Assembly: GCF_006345805.1 (NCBI RefSeq) | Contig: NC_043000.1 | Span: 65,968,001 to 66,032,000, forward strand | Direction: 5' to 3' | From: Octopus sinensis | Lineage: Eukaryota | Length of the DNA: 64,000 nt | Shown: positions 24,884 to 37,789 of the stretch, one piece after another | Layout of the letters: the number at the start of each line of letters is the position of its first letter | Position numbering within the stretch: the first letter of the stretch is position 1 | Position numbers and translations under genes: made by a program | The notes under the pieces: generated by a model | The model's input: the letters and a program-made list of their open reading frames with translations, nothing else | What the model was told of the DNA's origin: nothing | The model's database searches: none

Positions 24884-24929
24884 ATGTATGTATGTATGTA
24901 TGTATGTTTGTATGTATGTGTATATGTAT

Positions 24930-26660
24930 AGGAGGAGAATTCGGAAAAAAACAAAAGACGAAGAGGGGTGGTGTAGACAAAAAACAGATGTATTAGTTTA
25001 ACGCTCGGGAAGTGAAAAAGTCTTTAACGTTTCGAGCCTACGCTCTTCCACAGAAAGGAACACAGAAAGAAACAAGGAGAGAAAATAAAGAATGTGTAGT
25101 GGCGAATGCCGGACAGAGGGGTCACACAGGAGAGCTAGGAAGAAGGGGAGATAATAAAATAGTGGTAATCCCAAAACGGAAGGTGCACGTGCGCGTATAT
25201 AAGAGAGCATGTATGTGCGTGTGGAAGAGGGCTGGTGACCTTGACGTGTGTGTGTATTTGTGGGTGTGTGAATGATGGTGTGGGGCTGGAAAGTGGTCAG
25301 TGCTAGTGTATGCGTGGTGGTGTGATGTGTGTGGTATGGTATGGTGGTGTATGGGATGGTGATGTGGTGTGGTGGTGTTGTGACGCGGGGGAGGCGAGAG
25401 TGGTGAAAGCAAGGGTGAGGTGTGGGTTAGGTTGAGGGTAGGGGTAGAGGTGGGGTATGTGGGAGTGGGTGTAAGGGATGCGGTAGGTGGGATGGGATGG
25501 ATAGGGAAGGTGGGGTTGGATTGTATAGGGATGGGGTTACGAGGGAGGGGTGAGGATGAAGGGAGAGGGAGAAGGGAGAAGGTGGGTAGGAGTGAAGAGA
25601 AGAGAGAAGCAGAGTAGGAATGAAGAGAAGTAGGAGTCGGAGCAAGAGAGGAGAGGTGGGTGGGGGAAGTAGGTTTGACAGGGAGAGAGGATAGGGGAGA
25701 AGAATTAGATGAAGAGGGTAGAAGAGTTGAGCTCATGTGGCGCAAAGGAGCAAAGAGAGAAGATTAATCCCTGTTCACAGCGAAAACGGGAGTCCGGATG
25801 GCCCCTGTGCAAGGACAATCCGAAAACAGACAGGTGTTGGAAAGAGTGACTGGTAGAGCAGAAATGGAGCGACATCGGGGTGTCATTGCCGAGGCGGATG
25901 TCTCGGAGGTGTTCCGCAAACCGGTCAGCCAAGCAGCGTCCCTTTTGCTCGATGTATAGAGATGAGAAAAGAGGTAGCAGTAGATGCAGTAGATGACATT
26001 TGTAGAAGTGCAGATGAAGGAGTCAGTGATATGATAGGGTCGATGATGGGTGCCGGTAAGGAGAGGGTGGTGATGGAGAAGTAAGGGCAAGTGCGGCAGC
26101 GTGGGAGGGAGCAGGGGAACGAACCGGGTTGGGAGGTTGGGTTAGGGAAGTAGCTGTAGACCAAGAGGTCTCGTAGATTGTGGGCTCGTTTGAAGAGGGG
26201 AAGAGTCAGCTAGGGAAGATGTGCGAAGTGGAGGATTCTGACTGGTGTCGCCGGAAGGCTCGGAGAATGGTGCGTTGGAAAGGTAAGGTGGTGGGGTGGT
26301 AGGTGAGAGGAAACGGGAGACGGGAGACGGCGGGGTGGGTGCGGGGGAGAGAGCAGATGCACGGTCCTCGGAATGTGCTCTGGCCAGGGCGATGTGGAGG
26401 GTGGTGAGGGGATATCCACGTAAGATGAAGTGGCGAGCCTTGAGTTGAGACTGAGTTTCAGTGTCATGGTCGACACTGCAGAGCCTGCATAGACAGAAGA
26501 ATTGGAAATAGGGGGTGGAAATCCTGGTGTGTTTAGGGTGGGAGGAGAAGTTGAGACATGAGTGTAAGTCTGTGTGTTTGTAGTGGATGGAGGTGGTGAG
26601 AGTGGAGTGGTGAATCCTGACCAAAATGTTAAGAAAGGAGAGAAAGAGCAATAACCCACA
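24930..26660 (-). mobile_element. Penelope-like element 2 (C-rich), 5'-truncated
   Basis: TSIHYKHTD...NFSSHPKH, GYP, FPCSLPRCRTCP, FICTSTNVIYCI, ADRFAEHLRDI...HF; hammerhead in the terminal repeat. Confidence 0.88.
25022..25057 (-). ncRNA. Minimal type-I hammerhead ribozyme (A6U variant)
   Basis: CUUU-CUGUGGA-A[GAGC/GUAG/GCUC]-GAAA-CG-UU-AAAG. Confidence 0.7.
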
Positions 26661-26980
26661 AACCGGTCCACAGACGTTTCTTTGTGTTGGATGGGGGTGC
26701 TGAGCTTCCCTGTTCGAAAATATAAGGATATTGTGTCGTATAGCCAGCTGCAAACGACGTTTCCTGGGGCTAAACAACAGTATCATTCGTCCCATCCAGG
26801 ACTACCACACTATGTTGGCAAATAGTCTTTACTTTAAAATACTGTTACTGAATATCTCTCTTTGAGAGATTTAGAAATAATAATGTTTCTATTTAGATAT
26901 GTATGTGTGTGTGTGTATGAGCAGACAGTGAAGACCTTGGAGTTTTAAAATGCAACCGTAAATGTAGATAATGTCACATT

Positions 26981-27017
<37 letters not shown>

Positions 27018-27619
27018 ATATACATACATATATACATATATATATATATACATATATATAAAAACAATTAGTTTAACGTGCACTTCACTTCAATAGAGAA
27101 ATCCTTTCCTAAGCCTTTGAACATTCTTTTAATCTACGTACCCCTCCCCCTCTATTTGTTCCCTATTTATTATTCCTTTAACCCTTCTCTTCCTACTATC
27201 TAACTTTGACGTCAATTCTACTAACAGTTTTTTAAAACACTTATTGACGTTTTGTTTATCATGTAGGCAGTCATCGTAATTATTATATTGTCTTGTTGGT
27301 GAGAGAGGCTCCCTTTCTTTCCTGATGAGAAGATTGTATCTTACACCGTTTATTCCTTTGGAATAAAACCATGTTGTCTTTGAAACATATGTCGAAAGTA
27401 AAAGAATTTTATTAACATCTTCGTTCAACTCCATTTATTTATTTATTCATATATAACGCACAAATTTCTGCACATGAACCCGGAGTTACTACCTTTGGAT
27501 AGATCGCTTCAACCGTGTTTCTGACGTGAATTTCCTACCCTGGTATCGGTTCATCGAATTTTCCATGTTGACGGTAAACATAGGATAATTCATTCACCCA
27601 TCGATCGCCATGTTGATTC

Positions 27620-27815
27620 GTTAGTTACTGCACGCATTTTTTTCTCTCCTTCTTTCTGTGTTTTTTTCTCTCTGTGTATCTTTCTGTTGAAGAGCGTAGG
27701 CTCGAAACGTTAAAGACTTGTTTTATTTATATTTCCTGAGCGCCATACTAATACAATTGTTTGTTTGTTTCCCACCTGCCTTCGTCTTTTGTCTATTTTC
27801 ATAAAGCTTCCCGTT
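27620..27815 (+). mobile_element. Solo terminal repeat (pLTR) of the PLE2 family
   Basis: Similar to the reverse complement of 24930-25100; followed by (TA)n. Confidence 0.8.
27679..27716 (+). ncRNA. Minimal type-I hammerhead ribozyme (A6U variant)
   Basis: UCUUU-CUGUUGA-A[GAGC/GUAG/GCUC]-GAAA-CG-UU-AAAGA; 5-bp stem I. Confidence 0.75.
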
Positions 27816-27822
27816 ATATATA

Positions 27823-27906
<84 letters not shown>

Positions 27907-28780
27907 CCTCATATGTGGGAAAACATGTTTGTGGAGTTGTTAGCTAACTCCTCCTACATCATTTTATCGATTTTGATTAAACTTGACACGTGAGTAGAAC
28001 TCATGTCTGGAAACCTCATGGCATACTCAGATTATTGAAAAAAATTGATAATAGGGCCCCTGGAAGGGATCCTTATATATAGCTAATATATTTTATTTTA
28101 AAAACCAAGGGAAATAATCCATTCGCCTCTATATATAGCCAAGGGTAATAACCCATTCATTTTCCTAAATTATTAGGTAAAAATGAAACTGAGTATACTT
28201 ATTTCTTAGTATTTGAACTGTTAGAGTTATTTTCGCAATTTATCCAGTTCAGCCCTTAAACAATAGTATTTTCCTAAACAATAGATCCACTTATTTCGGT
28301 TAGTGACTTATTCACGAATATACTCACACTAGCGTCCCTGAGGATAATATTCTCTGGGAACGAACAAAAGCCCTTTTCAGAGTTATCTACTTTGAATTGT
28401 TATCATCTCATATCTGTTTAGCCTGTTATTATGTAACGATTTTAGTATACATACCTTATTAGCATTTCCTCCTAAGTTCTATATACTCTGGGAACGCATT
28501 AAAGCCCTTTTCGAGGCTACTTAATTTGAATTGTTTCTATCGGGTAACTAATTTCATGCTATTACATAACTGACTTCACAATTTGGGTATTCCTAACTTA
28601 TTGGAAATTCCTACAAACAAGATCCTGTGTAAGACAGTTCGGTATTCTCTGTAAATGCACAAAAATCGTTTTAAGGGCAACATACTTTGTATTATTGTTT
28701 TTGGATTAGTGAAACAATTATGAGAACAGAAACAAGGGATAAGCCCCGCTTTCCCGGGAATTGTTGGGTACGTCAGCTCG
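27907..28780 (+). mobile_element. Non-autonomous Helitron/DINE-like element
   Basis: 3' end CCCGGGAATTGTTGGGTACGTCAGCTCG|T resembles the Helitron end at 18712-18739; internal repeats; between (TA)n tracts. Confidence 0.6.
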
Positions 28781-29269
28781 TATATATATATACGCTACCC
28801 CCTATTCCTCCCCTTCATCGAACCCACCCTCGCTCGCACCTCCCGCCTCCTCATCCGTGCCGCCATCCGCTCCATCCGCCCTCTCCTTCACTCCCTTGAC
28901 CACCAACTTCCCCAAGCTTACCTCCTCCTCTCCTCCCTCTGCCCACCACTCTTCACCCAATCTATTCTCCGCTTCATTCTTAATCTCAACCACCAACTCC
29001 ACAATTTCCTCACACACACAAAAAACAAAAAACTCCATCACCTCCTCAACCCTTCACCCCCTTCCCCTTCCCCTACATCCTCCCCTCCTGCTCCCTCGAC
29101 TCCCTCCGTTCCCGCACCCACCACCCCATCTCCCCCTTCCCCCTCCACGGACCCACACACACCCCACCCTGACCTTCCTACGCCTAACCCTTCTTCACCC
29201 AACCACCCCTACCCTCCTCCTCACACCTCTGCACCCCCTCTTCCTGACCCCAGTCATCCCACCACTCCG

Positions 29270-31460
29270 CTTCCTCGCACTTTTGTCACTATACCCCCAA
29301 TTTCCCCCTCTCCGTTGCCGAGCGCTCTCTCCTCAGTAAGGGACTCCGCTTCACGCCACTCACGCGCCACTGTGATGAATTCGAGACTCGGACTGACGTC
29401 AACCAGTTCCTGCGCCGCCTCAAACTTCGCGCATACTTCCACGCGTCCCCGCAGCGTCACAACAATCAGGATTGCCTTTTGGAGCTGGGGCGCCGTCCAT
29501 CCATCTGGACGCCGCCCCCAGGCCTATTCAGTAGCCTAGATTTGTTCGTGAATGACTGCAACGCGCTGGTCCACCGGTTCAACTTTAAACAAAGACCCCT
29601 CCGAGACAACCTCACTCGGGCTGAATCGATTGCCCTTCGCCACCTCCGCCGCCGCAATGACATTGTCATCAAACCGGCGGATAAAGGCGGAGCAGTGGTG
29701 GTGTGACGCGCGGACCTAAACAGGGAGGAAGCGCTCAGCCAGCTTCAAAATCCCCTTTTCTATCGCCTCCTCCCCTCTGATCCCACCTCTTCCTGCCAAC
29801 AGCGAGTGTCCTCCACCATCCACGACCTCATCTCCTCTTATGCTCCCCCCCCACCGCCACCAACCTCATCGTCCGCACACCCCGCACCTCCACCATCTAT
29901 TTCCTTCCCAAAATCCATAAACCCCAAAACCCTGGCCGTCCCATCGTGTCCGCATGTAATTGCCCCACTGAACACATATCCCTATACCTCGACCGCATCC
30001 TGTCCCCCTTAGTCGCAGCCCTCCCATCCCACATACACGACACCAACCACGCCCTCCGTCTCTTCAATTCCTTTTCCTTCCCTTCCAGCCCCTCTCACCT
30101 CCTCTTCACCCTTGACGTAAAATCCCTGTATACGGTCATTCCCCATAACGACGGTCCCCTAGCCCTCCAACACTTCCTCGACCGTCGTCCCGACTTCACC
30201 CCCCAGCACCCCCACCCTTCTCCGCCTGGCTGAGCTCGTCCTCACCCTCAACTGTTTCACGTTCGCCGGGAAAACGTACGAACAAGTGTCCGGGGCGCGA
30301 TGGGAACGAGAATGGGCCCTAATTTCGCCAATCTCTTTCTTGGGTACATTGAGGCCCAAGTATTCTCCCAATTCTCCGGACCGACCCCCGAACTATACGG
30401 TCGCTATATAAACGACTGCATAGGCGCCACCTCCCTTTCCCGCGAACTTCTCAACCAATTCATCTCTTTCCTCTCCAACTTTCACCCCTCTCTACAATTC
30501 ACTTCTACCATCTCCAACACCTCTGTCAACTTCCTCGATATCTCTCTCAGCATCGACCACCCCTCCCACTCTCTCACCACCTCCGCCTTCTTTAAACCCA
30601 CGGATTCCCACCTCTATCTCAACTTCTCCTCCTCCCACCCCTTCCACACCAAACGGGCCATCCCATACTCCCAGTTCCTCCGCTTCCGACGTTTGTGCAG
30701 CCGCGACCAGGATTTCGAGACCCAATCTCAATACCTGGCCCGCCTGTTCAGGAACCGAGGGTACCCACCTACACTAATCTCAATTGCCATCGCCCGCGCC
30801 CGTCGCATCGACCGCACCACCGCCCTTTCTCCTTCCTCTCACCCACCCCACCCCAACCGCACCCCTTTCCCCTCCTTTTCCACCCCTCTACTCTACCCCT
30901 TCGTCGAAAGATACTACGTGCCTTCCGTCGCCTCCAGCTCGATCCCACGACCCGCCCCATTTTCCCCAACCCACCTCTGTCCTCCTTCAAACGAGCCCGG
31001 AATCTACGCGACCTCCTGGTCCATAGCACCCTCCCTTCTTCCCCCTCAGCTCCACACGGATCTTTCCCGTGCTCTAGATCTCGCTGCAACACCTGCCCCT
31101 TCATCACCAACACCACTGCTGTCACCGGCTCCAACCAGCGAACTGTACGTATCAGACATTCTTTTACGTGCACTTCGTCTGGCCTCATATACTGTATTAA
31201 ATGCAACCTTTGCGGAATGCTGTATATAGGACAGACGGGACGCCGTTTGTCTGATCGATTCGCCGAACATCTGAGGGATGTTCGCCTACGGTCCCTTTCT
31301 CCCGTCGCACGTCACTTCTGCTCGGCCAACCAATCCTCCGATGACATCTCAGGGTTTGGTCTCGCCCCACACAACGGTCTTCCGCATTCCAGGCTCCACT
31401 TGGAGCAACGCTTCATCTTTACTTTACAAACCATTACCCACACGGACTCAACACAGCCCC
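29270..31460 (+). pseudogene. PLE3 reverse transcriptase-GIY-YIG endonuclease polyprotein (frameshifted)
   Basis: ORFs 29479-29706, 29946-30233, 30300-31229 and 30695-31876 carry consecutive RT/EN motifs. Confidence 0.9.
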
Positions 31461-31519
31461 CTCCTCTTAGTCTGCGCTCCACTTCTCTTTCCCCCCCCTT
31501 TTTTCCGAACACCCCCACA

Positions 31520-32585
31520 TATCCACTTCCAACACACCTACATACATGCATACATACATACACACACAAACAAACATACACATACATACACACATACATA
31601 CATACACACATACGTACACACATACCTACATACACACACACATACACACACAAATACATACATACACACACACACATACATACACACACACATGCATACA
31701 CACACACATACGCACGTACGCATATACATGTGCACGCATACGCGGACGCACACATACGTACATACATACTTACCTACATACGTACACACACGCGCGCATG
31801 CACACGTGTGCGCGTGCACGCATACGTGCATGCGCGCGCGCGTTTGGGAGCAACACCTGCATGTGTTTGTACCTAGGCGCACGCCCTTTCTTTCCTTTTT
31901 TTTGGTTGAGGGATTGATGGAGCTCGGTTTTTTTGGTGTGGTTGTCTGAGGGTTCGCGGGCGCGCTCCTGGGGTGCGGCCGGCCCGATATGCGTGCGTTG
32001 TGTATGTGTGTGTTGTTGTGTGTGTGTGCGAGCGTGTGTGTTGCGTGTGTATACATACATACACACATACATGCTTGCATGCACGCGCGCACACATACTT
32101 ACCTACATACATACACGCACACACACTTACACACATACATACATACACACATACACACACACATACATAGCTACACACATACACACATACACACTATACA
32201 TACATACACAAGACATACATACGTACAGACATACACCCATACACTCACACATACATACATACACACATACATACACACCCACATACACACGCACACGCAC
32301 ACATACACACACACACACTCGCATACATTCATACTTTCATTCGTACATACCACATACATACACACACACACAAACATACACATACACACACACATACATA
32401 CACACATACATATATACACACACGCACGCACACATACATACACACACACACATACACACACATACATACACACACATATACGCACATACACAAATACATA
32501 CACACATGCATACACACACACACATACGCACATGCATGCATACATACATACATACACACACCCCCATACACACATATACGCATGC

Positions 32586-32617
<32 letters not shown>

Positions 32618-33600
32618 TTACACACATACACACATACATACATACACACACACATGCATACATACATACACACACATACATACATACACTCATACGGACA
32701 TACATACACACAGACATACACACCAACACACTCACACATACACACATACATACACACACACACATACCTACATACACACTCGCATGCACACATACACACA
32801 TGCATGCACGCACGTTTTTGGTGGCTGGCGTTATTTCGGGATCGCGTCTGCGCTTGTGCGGGTGGGCCTGCAGTTTCGCACGCGCCCGCACCACTGATAG
32901 TCTCTTCCATCTTTCCTTCAGTCGCGAAGTGTGTTCTTGCGTGCATATATATGCACGTATACGGGCATATGTGTGTGAGTGTGTGTGTGTGCTTGTGTGT
33001 GTGTGTGCGTATGTTTGCAAACATATAAACACACATTTGTACGCACGCGCACATACATACATTCACTCCCGCGCACGTACGCGCACACATTCACATATAA
33101 TTACAATACACGCACACACACACACACGTACAAACACCCACTAATTCACATACACACCGACACATATACATACACACAACATATACCTCCACGCGCACGC
33201 ACACATACACATACGTACACACATATAAGCACAGACACACAGACATTAGCACACTCGCACACAATCATACATACGTATATATACACACACGCGCACGTAC
33301 ACGCACACACGCACACATACACTAAGTCTAAGCACAGTTACTCGCCATACACACAAAAAAACGCACACGTACACACAACACATACTACAACAAAACACAC
33401 ACACGATACATATACACGCGCACACACATACCTCCTTGTTGCTGACCGCCTCTGACTTGCTAGGGTACCCCCACCCACTCCTTAATTCCCTACTGCTTGC
33501 TACCAGCCATCATCCACCATTCCGCCACTGCTGCTAGTAACCTTGTCCACCATACACACACATACACACACACGCACACACTCACACACACACCCTTGTC
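31520..33600. repeat. ~2-kb cryptic (CA/TACA/CG) simple repeat within the PLE3 3' UTR
   Basis: Direct reading; lies between the GIY-YIG domain and the terminal hammerhead. Confidence 0.9.
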
Positions 33601-33768
33601 ATCTCGCACACCTCTTTTACCATTCATTCTCTGACCCGCTCTTTTGTTTTTAAAAAACACTTTTCCTTCCTTTTGACCACTTCCGTCCTTTTAGTATGTG
33701 ACCTCGTGTAGACTACCTGCATTTTTTTTCCTCTGTCCTTCCCATCTCGGGATGTTTCTTTCTCCTAT

Positions 33769-33803
33769 GTTTCCGACGAAGAGCTCCGCTCGAAACGTCA
33801 AAC
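33769..33803 (+). ncRNA. Minimal type-I hammerhead ribozyme (U4C variant, GUC site)
   Basis: GUUU-CCGACGA-A[GAGC/UCC/GCUC]-GAAA-CG-UC-AAAC. Confidence 0.78.
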
Positions 33804-33906
33804 CCTCCTTCTTCCCTTCTTTCCTGAGCGTCCAATAATACCTTATTTGTTCCACATCCTTGCGTTGTTGTTTTTTGTTTTCTTGTTTGGATTAACTTTA
33901 TATATA

Positions 33907-34044
<138 letters not shown>

Positions 34045-35320
34045 ATTACGGAGATGTACTCGCATAGCAAGTAATTTGATCTGAGATCGTGTGCTGAAAC
34101 GAAAACAATTGCAGCGTGGAAGGTGCTTATAAGCCATTTAAGAAACACACAAAAGCCGTTCGATTCACTCCAACATTTGAGATGCAGCACGGATTTTTGT
34201 CAGTGAACAGGTCGCGGATTTTAGCGACGAAAATATTTTGACAAATTAAACTTAAATGTTGGAGTGAATCGAACGGCTTTTGTGTGTTTCTTAAATGGCT
34301 TATAAACACCTTCCACGCTGCAATTGTATATATATATATATATTTATATGTGTGTGTGTGTGTGGTGTGTGTGTGTGTGATGTGTGTGTGTATGTATGTA
34401 TATGTAGTGTGTGTGTATGGCCCGCACACACGCGTAGACGCGCACGGGCGGACACGCATATATACACACACCATCCTACCCCAAAAAATTCTTTAAACAA
34501 CACACATCTATTTTCGCCACCCTGGAACCATTCAAAAACAGCCCCCACACACACGCAGACGCTTGTATACGTGTGTGTGCACGCACACAGGGGCACGCAC
34601 ACTCACACCAGCCTCACCTCCATACAGGCACATATATACACACGCAGCACCATGTCAAATACCATCCACACTCATGCATGCGTACACACGCACGCACACA
34701 CGCACACACGCACGCGCACACACACGCACACACAACACCATGACAACTACACACACTTGACAAACAGACGTCATTGACCAAATATTACAGGCACACAGAC
34801 ACATCTATTCACACACACGCAGAGAGACACACATACTCACCTCATCCTAACCCCAAAATCATTGATGCTTGAAGGAAAGCCATAAACAGAAAAAAACGGG
34901 TACATCTTTCTCAATTCAACATTTCTGCTAAAACGGACAGGTCAGTAAACAAACTCGCCTTGAATTCATAATATTCTGTACTGACCCTGAGATGTATAAT
35001 ATATTCATTTTAATCTTTTCTGCCCATTTTTTCAAATATTCTCATCATACTGTTGTACTTCCTTATGTCCTTAACATGTCCTTTTTACCAAAGACTGTAT
35101 ATATACATGTAATGTGGCAATTTGCAACAACCAATAATTAACGCAACCAAACTTCCAATAATATATTTGTTTTATTCTTTTCTGCCCATTTTTTCAAATA
35201 TTCTCATCACACTGTTGCACTTCTTTATGTCCTTAACATGTCCCTGTTACCAAAGACTATATATATACATGTAATGTGGCAATTATGTAAAAAACTTTTT
35301 TGAATTCATAATATTCTATG

Positions 35321-35365
35321 TTACTTTTGACAATCTTTTTCCAAAGAGTGAAACCGGTTAAGTAA
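35321..35365 (+). ncRNA. Minimal type-I hammerhead ribozyme (U3:A8 variant)
   Basis: UUACUU-UUGACAA-U[CUUUU/UCCA/AAGAG]U-GAAA-CCGG-UU-AAGUAA; perfect 6-bp stem I. Confidence 0.75.
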
Positions 35366-35435
35366 ATAAACATCTTTTAAATTGGATTTTCAAACCTTCT
35401 TTCGTATAAATTTATATATATATAATATATATATA

Positions 35436-35500
<65 letters not shown>

Positions 35501-35549
35501 CATATATATATATATAGAGAGAGAGAGGGGGGGAGGGGAGAGATAGACG

Positions 35550-36135
35550 CAGGTGTGGCTGTGTGATAAGAAGCTTGCTTCCGAACCACATCCTCTGGGT
35601 TCAGTCCCACTACGTGGCACCTTGGGCAAGTTACTTTTGCTATAGCCTCGGGCTAACCAATGCCTTATGGGTGGATTAAGTAGACGGGAATTGAAAGAAG
35701 CCCGTCGAATATATATGTAAGTTAAAATTTACTGAAAACAAAAGACGAAGACAAGTGTATAAACAACAAGCAGGTGTATTAGTTTGACGCTCGGGAAGGT
35801 GAGAAAGTCTTTTACGTTTCGAGCCTACGCTCTTCAACAGAAAGGAAGAGGAGGAAATAAACAGAGAGAGTATAAATAAATTTGGGAGTTAGCAGTCAAT
35901 AACTGTGTCTGTGTTTGTCCTCACCATCACCACTACCACCATCGCTTGATAACCGATGTTGGCGTGTTTACGTCTCCGTAACCTAGCAGTTCAGCAAAAG
36001 AAACCGATAGAATACATACTAGGCTTACAAAGAATAAGTCTTGAGGTCGATTTCTTCGACAAGAACCCTTTGAGGCAGTACTCCAGCATGGCCACAGTCA
36101 AATGACTGAAACAAGTAAATGAATAAAAGAATATA
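35550..36135 (+). mobile_element. CORE-like tRNA SINE interrupted at its internal (TA)n by a solo PLE2-family pLTR (~35718-35900, minus strand)
   Basis: SINE head to GAAAGAAGCCCGTCG, then the pLTR, then TGTGTCTGTGTTTGTCC resumes. Confidence 0.82.
35809..35844 (-). ncRNA. Minimal type-I hammerhead ribozyme (A6U variant, GUA site)
   Basis: CUUU-CUGUUGA-A[GAGC/GUAG/GCUC]-GAAA-CG-UA-AAAG. Confidence 0.75.
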
Positions 36136-36738
36136 AGTAAACAAATAGGGAGAGCGTAACGTTACTTAGAAATTTCAGAGATTGAATAGCAAATGTATGT
36201 ATGTAATATTAATAATAATAAAGAGTATGGAGACTTGTACATCCACAGAATTTATTTCATAGTTATACACAGCATATTATAATGACCACCTGTTTCCGCT
36301 GCAGCGACTACACACTGTTAAATACTGATCGTTGTGGTCAGCCGTCATCTCGCACTCAACTGAGAGCTAATATAATATCCGCCCAGATAATATATCCTTC
36401 TAATAAAACATATGCATATATACATACATATATGTACGTACCTACATCTACATGTATATATACATGCATATATGGGTACAGGATACCAAAAAAACGTCGA
36501 ACACAATGAGAAACGAAAACATAAACACAAAACCAAGGAAATGGACATTTTTCTTAAACAACGAAAAAATAGAGTACAGGACATACAACACAAGGAAAAT
36601 TCCCTTTCTTCGGTCGCCTCTGTTTCATCTACCCCTCGTTTCGAAGGTCAAGGCGAGACACGACTTCGGTGAAACATTCCTTCCCGCAAAAAGCAAATTA
36701 AATAAATGCTTGTTATTTTTCTTTAGTTTCTTTTTCTT

Positions 36739-36813
<75 letters not shown>

Positions 36814-37789
36814 TTCCATTGTTTTGAGTACGAATATCTCTACTCCTGTTAAGATAACAGTTTTTACGGAAGGAAAGGAAGTGGCAATATTTCATTTTTC
36901 TGGAAAGATGCAAGATGCAGTAGATTCTGGGCAATTCTGGGAAAATGTCACAATTTAAGCTAGAACGAAAAAAAACGTCACAGCAAAGATTTATATAACA
37001 GAAATAATTCTTTCTACTATAGGCACAAAGCTTGAAGTTTAGTGAGAGGGGGTCTAGTTGATTACATCGATCCCAAGTACTTGATTGGTACTTATTCTAT
37101 TGACTCTGAAAGGATGGCAAACAACCTCGGCAAAATTTGAACACTGAGCTAGAAGAAATGCTGCTAAGCATTTGTCCGGCGTAGTAACGATTCTGCCAGC
37201 TTGCTCCCTTTGAATACTACAAATAATAGTTAGACTGAATAATTAAGAAGCTCCCTTCGCAATTGTGATGTGCTGAGTTTGATCAGACAGCATAGCATCT
37301 TTTTCATAGCCTCACGTTGACTAAGCCTTGAGAATGAGAAAGGGTAGACAGAAACTTCGAAGACCTTTGTCCTTATAATTCAAAGAGCCAGCTTTGTCAC
37401 ACCGCTTTCAACAGAACTTTCCAGAAAGATTTGTTAATCACTGTTTTTCTATATCAGTATAAGCTAAATTTGTCTCGGCATGCGGCTGCTAGAAAATACT
37501 TGTTACTGATGACGCTCAAAAAATCTGGACTTAGCAATTCCACTACCGCTGCTTGACGCTTTTTATCTTCTACGGATATATATATGTTTTCTGGCTTTCC
37601 ACAGAATGTCCACTTTAAGTGAGACATACAGAACGATATTTTAAGTCGTTTTATAAATTAACACTAATGAAATTACACGAATGCAGTAAAACATCACATT
37701 CTATTCAGTGATTTAAAACAATGAATTAGCATTAAACCAGTTTCTTGAGGTTTTCTTGTAATTTTGTTGTTAGAAAGCGTAGGGGATTT

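Larger units (their letters stand above)
28791..33898 (+). mobile_element. Penelope-like element 3 (C-rich, Neptune-like), near-complete ORF plus long 3' UTR
   Basis: LLSKGLRF, KPADKGGAVVV, PKIHKP..PGRPIVS, LDVKSLYTVIPH, MGTRMGPNFAN, RYINDC (catalytic D altered), CSRSRCNTC, GLIYCIKC...YIGQTGRRLSDRFAEH; hammerhead at 33769; ends at (TA)n. Confidence 0.93.

Noticed and set aside
27129-27434. 101-aa minus-strand ORF
   Set aside because: No recognisable motif or splice context; may be chance or a TE remnant
31538-33455. Long His/Thr/Tyr- or Cys/Val/Met-rich ORFs (up to 403 aa)
   Set aside because: Translations of CA/TACA simple repeats; the same applies to ORFs at ~20, 22.8, 24.8, 34, 39 and 45 kb
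36600-36690. Hairpin-rich segment with CCGAAGA and GAAAC strings as a hammerhead
   Set aside because: Core elements are in the wrong order and stems I and III could not be built
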